From positions 1 through 15,093 of the forward strand of contig JBGQHJ010000120.1 in assembly GCA_041497895.1 (NCBI GenBank): a stretch of DNA of 15,093 bases, in the 5' to 3' direction. Origin of the DNA: Candidatus Methylomirabilia bacterium. GTDB lineage: Bacteria; Methylomirabilota; Methylomirabilia; Rokubacteriales; CSP1-6. Below are positions 1 to 8,700 of the stretch, piece by piece (position 1 is the first letter of the stretch; every line of letters begins with the position of its first letter). A program made the translations under genes and the position numbers. The notes under the pieces were generated by a model. That model ran no database searches and was not told the DNA's origin. It was given only the letters and a program-made list of their open reading frames with translations.

Positions 1-1
1 C

Positions 2-1357
2 GTCCACGCGGGCGTGCTGCGCCCCCTTCCCCGGACCGCCTTCGCGCTGTCGGAGGCCGCGACCGCGTTCCGGTACATGGCGCAGGCCCGGCACGTGGGC
101 AAGATCGTGCTGACCCTGCCGGCCGCCCAGCCGCCGCTGGTGCGCGGCGACGCGACGTACCTGGTGACCGGCGGGCTCGGTGGTCTCGGCCTCTCGGTGG
201 CCGGCTGGCTCGTCGCGAGCGGGGCCCGCTCCCTCGTGCTGATGGGACGGGGCCGCCCATCCGACCGCGCGTCCGTGGCCGTCCAGGCGCTCGAGGCGGC
301 GGGCGCGCGCGTGGTGGCGGCCGTCGGCGACGTCGCGCGCGAGGAGGACGTCGCGCACGTGCTCTCGGATATCGACCAGTCGATGCTTCCGTTGCGCGGG
401 ATCGTGCACGCGGCCGGGATCCTGGACGACGGCGTGCTCTCCGAGCAGACGCCCGACCGGATGGCAGCGGTGCTGGCCCCGAAGCTCCATGGCGCGTGGC
501 TGCTGCATCAGCGCACGCGCGGCCAGGCGCTCGACTTCTTCGTCGTGTTCTCGTCGATGGCGGCACTCTTCGGGGCGGCCGGGCAGGGCGGGTACGCGGC
601 CGCGAACGCGGCGATGGACGCCTTCGCCCATCGGCGTCGCGCCGAGGGTCTCCGCGCCACCAGCGTCAACTGGGGCCCGTGGGCCGACGCGGGCATGTGG
701 GCGGCGCTGGACGCGCACGACCGACGGCGGTGGACGGATCAGGGCGTGCGGCTCATCGAGCCGGCCGACGGGATCCGCATGCTCGAGGCGCTGCTGCGCG
801 CCGATCTCCCCCAGGCGGCCGCGCTTCGGATCGACTGGTCACGCTTCCTCTCCCGGTACGGGCCGGGCGAGGCGCCGTCGCTCCTCGCGGACCTCGGCCG
901 GCCCGCGGCGCCCGCGCCCCCGGCGGCCGCCGCGCTGGTCGACCGGCTGCGAGGCGTTCAGCCCGAGCGGGGCCGGAAGCTGCTCGAGGCCCACGTGCGG
1001 GAGCAGATCCTCCGGGTGCTGGGGCTGGACCCGGAGCATCGGCTCGATCCGCAGCAGGGCCTCCGCGAGATCGGCATGGATTCGCTGATGGCGGTGGAGT
1101 TGCGGAACCGGCTACAGGCGAGCCTCGGTCGGCCCTTGCCCTCGACGGTCGCGTTCGACCACCCGACGTCAGGGGATCTCGTCGCGCACCTCGCCGGCCT
1201 CGTGCTCGAGCCGGCGCCGCCGAGCGCGGCGGAGGCCACGGGCGACGGGGACGACGGGCTCGCGGCGATGTCCGACGCCGAGGCGGAGTCCGCGTTCGCG
1301 GAGGAGCTGGCGGCGATGAAGGCGGAGCTCGACCGTAAGAGGACCGGCGATGGCTAG
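2..1357 (+). CDS. Type I modular PKS, C-terminal part (end of ER - KR - ACP - C-terminal docking helix); 5' end lies outside the window
   Basis: Frame is open from base 2 (VHAGVLRPLP...), so the GTG at 14 is probably internal. Begins with an ER C-terminal motif AFRYMAQARHVGKIVL, matching AFRHMAQARHCGKIVL at the end of the ER in gene 3. KR ~155-700: TYLVTGGLGGLG, HAAGILDDG (LDD at 422-430, B-type), GQGGYAAAN with catalytic Tyr at 593-595. ACP ~980-1205 with GMDSL (Ser 1082-1084). Stop TAG 1355-1357. Confidence 0.95.
   Translation, partial: VHAGVLRPLPRTAFALSEAATAFRYMAQARHVGKIVLTLPAAQPPLVRGDATYLVTGGLGGLGLSVAGWLVASGARSLVLMGRGRPSDRASVAVQALEAAGARVVAAVGDVAREEDVAHVLSDIDQSMLPLRGIVHAAGILDDGVLSEQTPDRMAAVLAPKLHGAWLLHQRTRGQALDFFVVFSSMAALFGAAGQGGYAAANAAMDAFAHRRRAEGLRATSVNWGPWADAGMWAALDAHDRRRWTDQGVRLIEPADGIRMLEALLRADLPQAAALRIDWSRFLSRYGPGEAPSLLADLGRPAAPAPPAAAALVDRLRGVQPERGRKLLEAHVREQILRVLGLDPEHRLDPQQGLREIGMDSLMAVELRNRLQASLGRPLPSTVAFDHPTSGDLVAHLAGLVLEPAPPSAAEATGDGDDGLAAMSDAEAESAFAEELAAMKAELDRKRTGDG
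1337..1343 (+). promoter_or_regulatory. Probable ribosome-binding site for the PKS gene starting at 1350
   Basis: AAGAGGA 6 nt upstream of ATG 1350; the ATG overlaps the end of gene 1 (ATGGCTAG, 8-nt overlap). Confidence 0.6.
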
Positions 1358-4300
1358 CGACGGCGAGCCGGGCGGCTCCGGAATGAAGCGAGCGGTCCAG
1401 GAGCTCCGCGCGCTGCGGCAGCGGCTCGACGAGATGGAGCGGACCGCGCGCGAGCCCATCGCGGTCGTCGGCATGGCCTGCCGCTTCCCGGGCGCGGACA
1501 CGCCGGAGGCGTTCTGGACGCTCCTGCGGGACGGGCGCGACGCGATCATCGAGATCCCGCCCGACCGGTGGGACGTGGACGCCTACTACGATCCCGATCC
1601 CGCCGCGGCCGGCAAGACGTACGTGCGCCGGGGCGGCTTCGTGCGCGACGTGACGCGGTTCGACGCGCAGTTCTTCGGCATCTCCCCCCGCGAGGCTGCG
1701 AGCATGGATCCGCAGCAGCGGGTGCTGCTCGAGGTCGCGTGGGAGGCGCTCGAGGACGCGGCCGTGGTCCCGTCCCGGATCGAGCGTGGAGCCGGCGGCG
1801 TGTTCGTGGGCATCAGCAACGCCGACTATGCGCACCTGCACACGCGCGCGGGCGACCCCACGCGCATCGACACCTACGAGGGCACCGGCAACGCGTTCAG
1901 CTTCGCGAGCGGCCGGCTGTCCTACGTGCTGGGCTGGCACGGCCCGAGCGTCTCGGTCGACACCGCGTGCTCGTCGTCTCTGGTCGCGGTCCACCTCGCG
2001 GGGCAGAGCCTGCGGGCCGGGGAGTGTGACGTGGCCCTAGCGGGAGGCGTCAACCTCATCCTGAGCCCGGACTCGTTCATCCGAGCGTGCAAGAACGGGA
2101 TGCTCGCGCCCGACGGCCGCTGCAAGACGTTCGACGCCGCCGCGGACGGGTACGCCCGCGGCGAGGGCTGCGGGGTCGTGGTGCTGAAGCGCCTGTCCGC
2201 CGCGCTCGCCGCCGGCGACCGGGTCCTCGCGGTGATCCGGGGCTCGGCGGTCAACCAGGACGGCCGGACCGGCGGGCTCACCGTGCCGAACGGCACCGCG
2301 CAGCAGGCCCTGATCCGTCGCGCCCTCGCGAGCGCGGACGTGGCGCCGCACGAGATCGCCTACCTTGAGGCGCACGGCACCGGCACCGCGCTGGGCGATC
2401 CGATCGAGGTCAACGCGGTGGCCGCGGCGCTGGGGCCGGGCCGCGATCCCGGGCGGCGGCTCTGCCTGGGCTCGGCGAAGACGAACATCGGCCACCTGGA
2501 GTCGGCCGCGGGGATCGCGGGGCTCATCAAGACGATCCTCGCTCTGCGTCACCGCGAGATCCCGCCGCACCTGCACTACCGGACGCCGAGCCCGCTCATC
2601 GCGTGGGACGCGCTCCCGATCGAGGTGGCGATCTCGCGGCGTCCGTGGCCGGCCGGGCCGCGCCTGGCCGGGGTGAGCTCGTTCGGCTTCAGCGGCACCA
2701 ACGCGCACGTGATCGTGGAGGCGGCGCCCGCGACGGACCCGGCGTCCACACCCGCGCGTCCGGCGCACGTGCTCACGCTGTCGGCCCGGACCGGTGCCGC
2801 ACTGGCCGCGCTCGCGGATCGCTATGCGGAGCGGCTGGGCGAGCCCGACGTGGAGATCGCAGACGTCTGCTTCACCGCCAATGTCGGGCGATCTCCGCTC
2901 GAGCATCGGCTCGCGGTGGTCGGACGGAGCGCGCGCGAGATGCAGGAGCGCCTGCGCGGCTGGCGCGCCGGCACGGAGCCGGTCAGGCCACTCCGGGTGG
3001 GATACGTGGAGCGCGGGCGGCCGGCGCCGGAGGTGGCGTTCCTGTTTCCCGGGCAAGGGGCGCAGTACGCGGGGATGGGGCGGGGACTCTACGCGAGCAG
3101 CGTGATCTTCCGTGCGGCGGTGGACCGGGTTGGGACCGCGCTGGGGCCGGAGTGGGCGCAGCGGCTGCAGGCGGTGGTGTCGGGGACGGCAACCGAGCCG
3201 GTGGATGAAACGGCGACGGCGCAGGTGGCGTTGTTCGCGGTGCAGTGGGGGCTGGCGGAGGTGTGGCGGGGGTGGGGCGTACAGCCCACGGTGCTGGTGG
3301 GACACAGCGTGGGGGAGTACGCGGCGGCGTGCGTGGCGGGAGTGATGGAGGTGGAGGCCGCGGCGCGCGTGGTGGCAGCGAGAGGGCGGCTGATGGGCGC
3401 GCTGCCCAGGGACGGGGCGATGACGGCGGTGGAAGGCGGCGCTGCCGTCGTGGAGGCCGTGGTGCAGGCGGCGCGCGCGACCGGCGCGGGAGAGGTCGGG
3501 ATCGCCGCCATGAACGGCCCCGACAGCGTCGTGGTGTCGGGGGCCGCGGCGGCGGTGGCGGCGGTGGCGGCGCGGCTGGCCGCGACCGGGATTCGCACCC
3601 AGGCCCTGCGGGTGTCGCACGCGTTTCACTCGGGACTGATGACCCCGATGCAGGAGGCGTTCAGGGCCGAGGCGGCCGGCGAGCGGTGGGGCATGCCCCA
3701 GGTGACCTGGGTGTCGACGGTCACGGGCCGGATGGTGGAGGCAGGAGAGATCGAGGCCGACTACTGGGTCCGGCAAGTGCGGGAGCCGGTGCAGTTCGCC
3801 GCGGCGATGGAGACGGTGAGGACGCTCGGGGTGGAGGCGTACGTGGAGGTGGGGCCGGGGACCACGCTCCTTGGCCTGGGGCGCCGGTGCCTGGACGAGG
3901 CGGGGCGGATCTGGGCGCCGTCGCTGCGGGCGGGGCGGGAGGATTCGGAGCAGATGCTCGAGAGCCTCGGGACGCTCTGGACGGCGGGAGTCGCGGTGGA
4001 CTGGGCCGCGCTCGACCGGGAGCAGCCGCGGCATCGGGTGTCGCTGCCGACCTATCCCTGGCAGGGCGAGCCGCACTGGCTCGAGGCGTCGGCGCCGGCC
4101 GATGGCGCGCGCCGGGCGCCCCTCGACCCCGAGGCGGCGTGGGCCGCGGTCGTCACGGCGGGCCGGCTCCAGGCGACGCAGTCGCCGCTCGATCTCGACC
4201 TCGCGGCGTTTCCGGGCAAGTGGCGGGCCCTCGAGCGTCTCTCCACCGCCTACATCGTGGAGGCGCTGCGGCGCCTGCGGGTCTTCGGCGTGGCGGGCGA

Positions 4301-5759
4301 CGCGCACACCGCGGACGGCCTGCGCGAGGCTCACGGCATCGCGCCGACGTACCGACACCTGCTCTCGCGCTGGCTGCGCCGGCTCGCCGCACTCGGCCAG
4401 CTGACCGCCGCCGGCGACGGGTTCGTGGCGCGCCAGCCGCTGCCGGATCCCGATCTGGCCGGATCACTCGTCGAGGCCCGCGCGGCGCTGCGGGACGTCC
4501 CCGCGCTCCTCGAGTACGTGGAGCGGTGCGGTGGCCGCTTGGTCGAGATCCTCACCGGTGCCGCCAGCCCGCTCGAGACCCTGTTCCCGGACGGATCATT
4601 CGCGACTGCCGAGGCTCTCTACCAGGACTGGGCCCTGTCGCGGTACTTCAGCGCGCTCGTGCGCTCGGTCGTGGTCGCCCGGGCCGGTCAGGCCGCCGCC
4701 GCGCCGCTCCGCGTGATCGAGATCGGCGCGGGCACCGGCGGGACGACCGCGGCGCTGCTGCCCGCCCTGCCGGCCGACCGGACGGTCTACTGGTTCACGG
4801 ACGTGTCGACCGCGTTCCTCGGCCGCGCGGAGCAGAAGTGGCCGGCGTACGGGTTCCTGCGTTACGGGATCCTCGATATCGAGCGGGACCCGGCCGAGCA
4901 GGGCTTCCCTCGGCACGGCTTCGACGTGGTGGTCGCCACCAACGTGATCCACGCCACCCGCGACATCCCGGCGACGCTCGGGCGTGCGCGGTCGCTGCTG
5001 GCGCCGGGCGGGCTCCTGGTCCTGTGCGAGGCCACGGCCCACTTGCCGTGGTTCGACGTCACCACCGGCCTGATCGAGGGCTGGCAGCGATTCGAGGAGG
5101 CGGCCCGGAGCGACAGCCCGCTCCTCACCGCCGCCGACTGGCGCACCGCGCTCGAGCGGGCCGGGTTCGACGGCGTCGCGGTCCTGCCCGAGTCGGGCTC
5201 GCCGGCCGAGATCCTCGGCCAGCACGTCCTCGTCGCGCGCGCGCCGGCCGAGGCGGGGCCGGCGTCGGACGCGGGCTCCCGCCAGCTCGAGCGCGTCTCG
5301 GTAGGGGCCCGCGCGGCGGCGCCCGCGTCGGCCGAGGCCGCCCGACGCCTCCGCGAGGCGCTGCCGGCCGACCGGAGCCATCTCGCGGTGGAGTACGTGG
5401 TCGGCCAGGTGGCGGCGGTGCTGCGGGTGGCGCGCCCCGAGACGCTCGATCCTCGGCAAGCCCTGATGGATCTCGGTCTCGACTCCCTCATGGCGGTCGA
5501 GCTGCGCAGCCGTCTCGCGCTGGGGCTCGGGCTCGGGCGCGGGCTCCCCGCGACCTTGATCTTCGAGCATCCGAGCATCGAGGCGATCGCGGCCCTGGTG
5601 GTGCGGCTGGTCACCGAGGCGAACGGAGCACCGGTCGAGGGACGGGCGGAAGCGGCGGCCGCGCCGCCCACGGTTGCGTCCGAGGCCGCGGCTCGCATCG
5701 CGGAGCTGTCCGAGGACGAGGTGGAAGCCCTGCTCGTGAAGAAGCTGGAGAGCCTGTGA
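1350..5759 (+). CDS. Monomodular type I PKS: docking-KS-AT-C-methyltransferase-ACP-docking (no DH/ER/KR), 1469 aa
   Basis: KS ~1452-2729 with DTACSSS (Cys 1968-1970), HGTGT (His 2373-2375), NIGHLE (His 2493-2495). AT ~3036-3960 with GHSVG (Ser 3306-3308) and HAFH (3618-3629). MT ~4140-5247 with EIGAGTG (4719-4739), NVIHAT (His 4950-4952) and LVLCE (Glu 5028-5030). ACP ~5385-5610 with GLDSL (Ser 5484-5486). Alternative in-frame ATG at 1383. Confidence 0.96.
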   Translation: MASDGEPGGSGMKRAVQELRALRQRLDEMERTAREPIAVVGMACRFPGADTPEAFWTLLRDGRDAIIEIPPDRWDVDAYYDPDPAAAGKTYVRRGGFVRDVTRFDAQFFGISPREAASMDPQQRVLLEVAWEALEDAAVVPSRIERGAGGVFVGISNADYAHLHTRAGDPTRIDTYEGTGNAFSFASGRLSYVLGWHGPSVSVDTACSSSLVAVHLAGQSLRAGECDVALAGGVNLILSPDSFIRACKNGMLAPDGRCKTFDAAADGYARGEGCGVVVLKRLSAALAAGDRVLAVIRGSAVNQDGRTGGLTVPNGTAQQALIRRALASADVAPHEIAYLEAHGTGTALGDPIEVNAVAAALGPGRDPGRRLCLGSAKTNIGHLESAAGIAGLIKTILALRHREIPPHLHYRTPSPLIAWDALPIEVAISRRPWPAGPRLAGVSSFGFSGTNAHVIVEAAPATDPASTPARPAHVLTLSARTGAALAALADRYAERLGEPDVEIADVCFTANVGRSPLEHRLAVVGRSAREMQERLRGWRAGTEPVRPLRVGYVERGRPAPEVAFLFPGQGAQYAGMGRGLYASSVIFRAAVDRVGTALGPEWAQRLQAVVSGTATEPVDETATAQVALFAVQWGLAEVWRGWGVQPTVLVGHSVGEYAAACVAGVMEVEAAARVVAARGRLMGALPRDGAMTAVEGGAAVVEAVVQAARATGAGEVGIAAMNGPDSVVVSGAAAAVAAVAARLAATGIRTQALRVSHAFHSGLMTPMQEAFRAEAAGERWGMPQVTWVSTVTGRMVEAGEIEADYWVRQVREPVQFAAAMETVRTLGVEAYVEVGPGTTLLGLGRRCLDEAGRIWAPSLRAGREDSEQMLESLGTLWTAGVAVDWAALDREQPRHRVSLPTYPWQGEPHWLEASAPADGARRAPLDPEAAWAAVVTAGRLQATQSPLDLDLAAFPGKWRALERLSTAYIVEALRRLRVFGVAGDAHTADGLREAHGIAPTYRHLLSRWLRRLAALGQLTAAGDGFVARQPLPDPDLAGSLVEARAALRDVPALLEYVERCGGRLVEILTGAASPLETLFPDGSFATAEALYQDWALSRYFSALVRSVVVARAGQAAAAPLRVIEIGAGTGGTTAALLPALPADRTVYWFTDVSTAFLGRAEQKWPAYGFLRYGILDIERDPAEQGFPRHGFDVVVATNVIHATRDIPATLGRARSLLAPGGLLVLCEATAHLPWFDVTTGLIEGWQRFEEAARSDSPLLTAADWRTALERAGFDGVAVLPESGSPAEILGQHVLVARAPAEAGPASDAGSRQLERVSVGARAAAPASAEAARRLREALPADRSHLAVEYVVGQVAAVLRVARPETLDPRQALMDLGLDSLMAVELRSRLALGLGLGRGLPATLIFEHPSIEAIAALVVRLVTEANGAPVEGRAEAAAAPPTVASEAAARIAELSEDEVEALLVKKLESL
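3034..4055 (+). repeat. G-skewed AT-domain repeat, copy 1 (GRINS-like); paralog of 7469-8490
   Basis: Aligns to 7469-8490 at a constant offset of 4435 at start, middle and end. Hand counts: 3241-3300 G34/C11 and 3301-3360 G33/C11, versus a KS control 6301-6360 G16/C25. Confidence 0.8.
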
Positions 5760-5772
5760 GGACGCGAGGACG
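5757..5772 (+). promoter_or_regulatory. Probable ribosome-binding region for the PKS gene starting at 5773
   Basis: TGAGGACGCGAGGACG-ATG: two GAGGA motifs (5758-5762, 5766-5770) across the stop codon and 13-nt spacer; the first has the more usual spacing. Confidence 0.5.
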
Positions 5773-8700
5773 ATGACCCAGCCGACCGACGGACCCGCCG
5801 CGCTCTCGCCGCTCCGGCGCGCGTTCATCGCGCTCGAGGAGATGCAGGCGAAGGTCGCCCGCCTCGAGGGTGCGCGGACCGAGCCGCTGGCGGTGATCGG
5901 CATGGGCTGCCGGTTCCCGGGCGGGGCCACCGATCCGGCCGCGTTCTGGCTCCTGCTGCGCGACGGGGTCGACGCGGTGACCGAGGTGCCGCGGGACCGC
6001 TGGGACGTCGACGCCTACTACGATCCGGACGTGACCACCCCGGGCCGCACCGCCACGCGCCGGGGAGCGTTCATCGAGCACGTGGACCGCTTCGACGCCC
6101 CGTTCTTCGGGATCTCTCCGCGCGAGGCGCTCGCGATGGACCCGCAGCATCGGCTCCTGCTCGAGGTCACGTGGGAGGCCCTCGAGAGCGCGGGCCAGGC
6201 GCCCGACCGGTTGGGCGGGAGCCGGACCGGCGTGTACGTCGGCATCGCCAGCACCGACTACGCCCAGCGGATGCTCGCGGCGCCGGAGTCGGGCCGCCTC
6301 GACGCTTATTACGCCTCCGGGAACGCCCACAGCATGGCCGCCGGCCGCCTGTCCTACGTCCTCGGACTGCAGGGGCCGAGCCTCACCGTCGACACCGCGT
6401 GCTCGTCCTCGCTGGTCGCCATCCACCTGGCCTGCCAGAGCCTGCGGAGCGGCGAGTGCCGGATGGCGGTCGCGGGCGGCGTGCACCTCACGCTGTCCCC
6501 GGAGAACACGATCGCCTTCTCCAAGGCGCGCATGCTCGCCCCCGACGGGCGCTGCAAGACGTTCGACGCCAGCGCGGACGGATTCAGCGAGGGCGAGGGC
6601 TGTGGCGTGGTGGTGCTCAAGCGGCTGTCCGACGCGCTCGCGGACGGCGACCGCGTCCTCGCGGTCGTGCGCGGGAGCGCGGTGAACCAGGACGGCCCGA
6701 GCGCGGGCCTCACCGCCCCCAGCGGGCCGGCCCAGGAGTCGGTCATCCGGGAGGCCCTGGCCAACGGCGGCGTCGCGCCGGAGGACATCGCCTACGTGGA
6801 GGCGCACGGCACCGGGACGTCGCTCGGCGATCCGATCGAGGTCCGGACCATCGCAGCCGTCCTCGCCGCGCGCCGGGCTCCCGAGCGCCGGCTCTTGCTG
6901 GGCTCGGTCAAGACGAACATCGGGCATCTGGAGGCCGCGGCCGGTGTGGCCGGGCTCATCAAGACGATCCTCGCGCTGCAGCACGGCGAGATCCCGCCGC
7001 ATTTGCATTTCCGGACTCCGAACCCGCACGTGGCCTGGAGCGAGCTGTCGGTGGACGTGGTGGACGCGATCCGCCCGTGGCCGGCGGGACGGCGGCTCGC
7101 CGGGGTGAGCTCCTTCGGCTTCAGCGGCACCAACGCCCACGTGATCGTGGAAGCCGCCCCGGCGGCCTCGCCGGCGACACCGTCGGAGACCGCCCGGCCG
7201 GCGCACGTGCTCACCATCTCGGCCAAGAGCCCGACCGCGCTCGCCGAGCTGGCCGCGCGCTACGCGGCCAGGCTAGATCAGGCCGAGGGCGACCTCGCTG
7301 ATATGTGCTTCAGCGCGGGCACCGGCCGCGCGCAGCTCGAGCACCGTCTCGCCATCGTCGTGTCGAGCGCCGAGGAGGCGCGCGCGCGCCTTCGGACGCT
7401 CGAGACCGATGGGGTTTCGCCCCGCGTCGGCCGCGGGCACGTCCGCCGGTCGGCGCGCCGGCCGCGCCTGGCGTTCCTGTTCCCGGGCCAGGGGGCGCAG
7501 TACGCGGGGATGGGGCGGGCCCTGTACGCGGGGAGCGCGGTCTTCCGGGCGGCGGTGGACCGAGTCGGGGCCGCGCTGGAGGCGGCGGAGGCCGCGCGCC
7601 TGGCGGCGGTGATCCGCGGCGATGGCGCGGTGGCCGTGGACGAGACGGCGACGGCGCAGGTGGCGCTGTTCGCGGTGCAGTGGGGGTTGGCGGAGGTGTG
7701 GCGGGCCTGGGGCGTGCGGCCCGCGGTGGTGGTGGGGCACAGCGTGGGGGAGTTTGCGGCGGCGTGCGTGGCGGGCGTGGTCGACGTGGCGGCGGCGGCG
7801 CGGGTGGTCGCCGCCCGCGGGCGGCTCATGGGCACGCTGCCCGCGGGCGGGGCGATGGTGGCGGTGGACGCTTCGGAGGCGGCGGTGACGGCCGTGGTCA
7901 CGGCGGTCCGCGCGGCCGGCGTGGCGGACGTCGGGCTCGCGGCGGTGAACGGGCCGGAGAGCGTGGTGGTGTCGGGAGCCGCCGAGGCGGTGGCGGCGGT
8001 GGTGGCGCGGCTCGAGGCGCAGGGAATCGGGAGCCAGTCGCTGCGGGTCTCGCACGCGTTTCACTCGGGGCTGATGACGCCGATGCAGGGGGCGTTCGCG
8101 GCGGAGGCGGAGGCCGCGCGGTGGGGGGCGCCGACGGTGACGTGGGTGTCGACGGTGACCGGGCGGGTGGTGGGAGCGGCAGAGATCGATGGAGCGTACT
8201 GGGTGCGGCAGGTGCGGGAGCCGGTCCAGTTCGCGGACGCGATGGCCACGGTGGGGACGCTCGGGGTCGACGCGTTCGTGGAAGTGGGGCCGGGGACGAC
8301 GTTGCTCGGGCTCGGGCGCCGGTGCCTGGAGGCGGCCGAGCGGACCTGGGCGCCGTCGCTGCGAGCGGGTCGAGGCGACTGGGAGCAGATGCTCGAGAGC
8401 CTCGCGCAGTTGTGGGCGGCGGGGGCGGAGGTCGACTGGGCCGCCTTCGATCGCGGATACGCGCGCCGGCGCGTGGAGCTGCCGACCTACGCGTTTCAGC
8501 GCGAAACGTACTGGCTTTCGAGCGCGCCCGCGTCGACGGCGCGCGGCCCCGCGGCCGACCGGAGCGCGACCGCGGTCGCACATCCCCTCCTCGCCCGGCG
8601 CCTGCATTCCCCGCTGCCGGGCGCTCAGTTCGAGGCCGAGCTGAGCGCGACCGCGCCCGCCTTCCTCGACCAGCACCGGATCGACGGCGCGATCGTGGTG

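Noticed and set aside
14..16. GTG at 14 as the start of a standalone 447-aa KR-ACP protein
   Set aside because: The frame is open to the window edge and begins within the C-terminal end of an ER domain.
3541..3580. GCG/GTG microsatellite-like run (also ~7981-8010)
   Set aside because: Encodes an in-frame Ala/Val helix within the skewed AT; imperfect and equal in length in both copies, so no sign of phase variation.
4140..5247. O-methyltransferase (enol ether / beta-methoxyacrylate, MtaF-like) reading of the KS-AT-MT-ACP module
   Set aside because: The domain order fits, but the sequence is homologous along its length to the C-MT of gene 3 (LFPDGS, FTDVS, NVxHAT, GLxxGW), so C-methylation is better supported. 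Phylogeny would settle it.
5758..5772. Tandem GAGGACG duplication in the gene 2/3 spacer as an operator or target-site duplication
   Set aside because: Only 7 nt and adequately explained as Shine-Dalgarno-like sequence.
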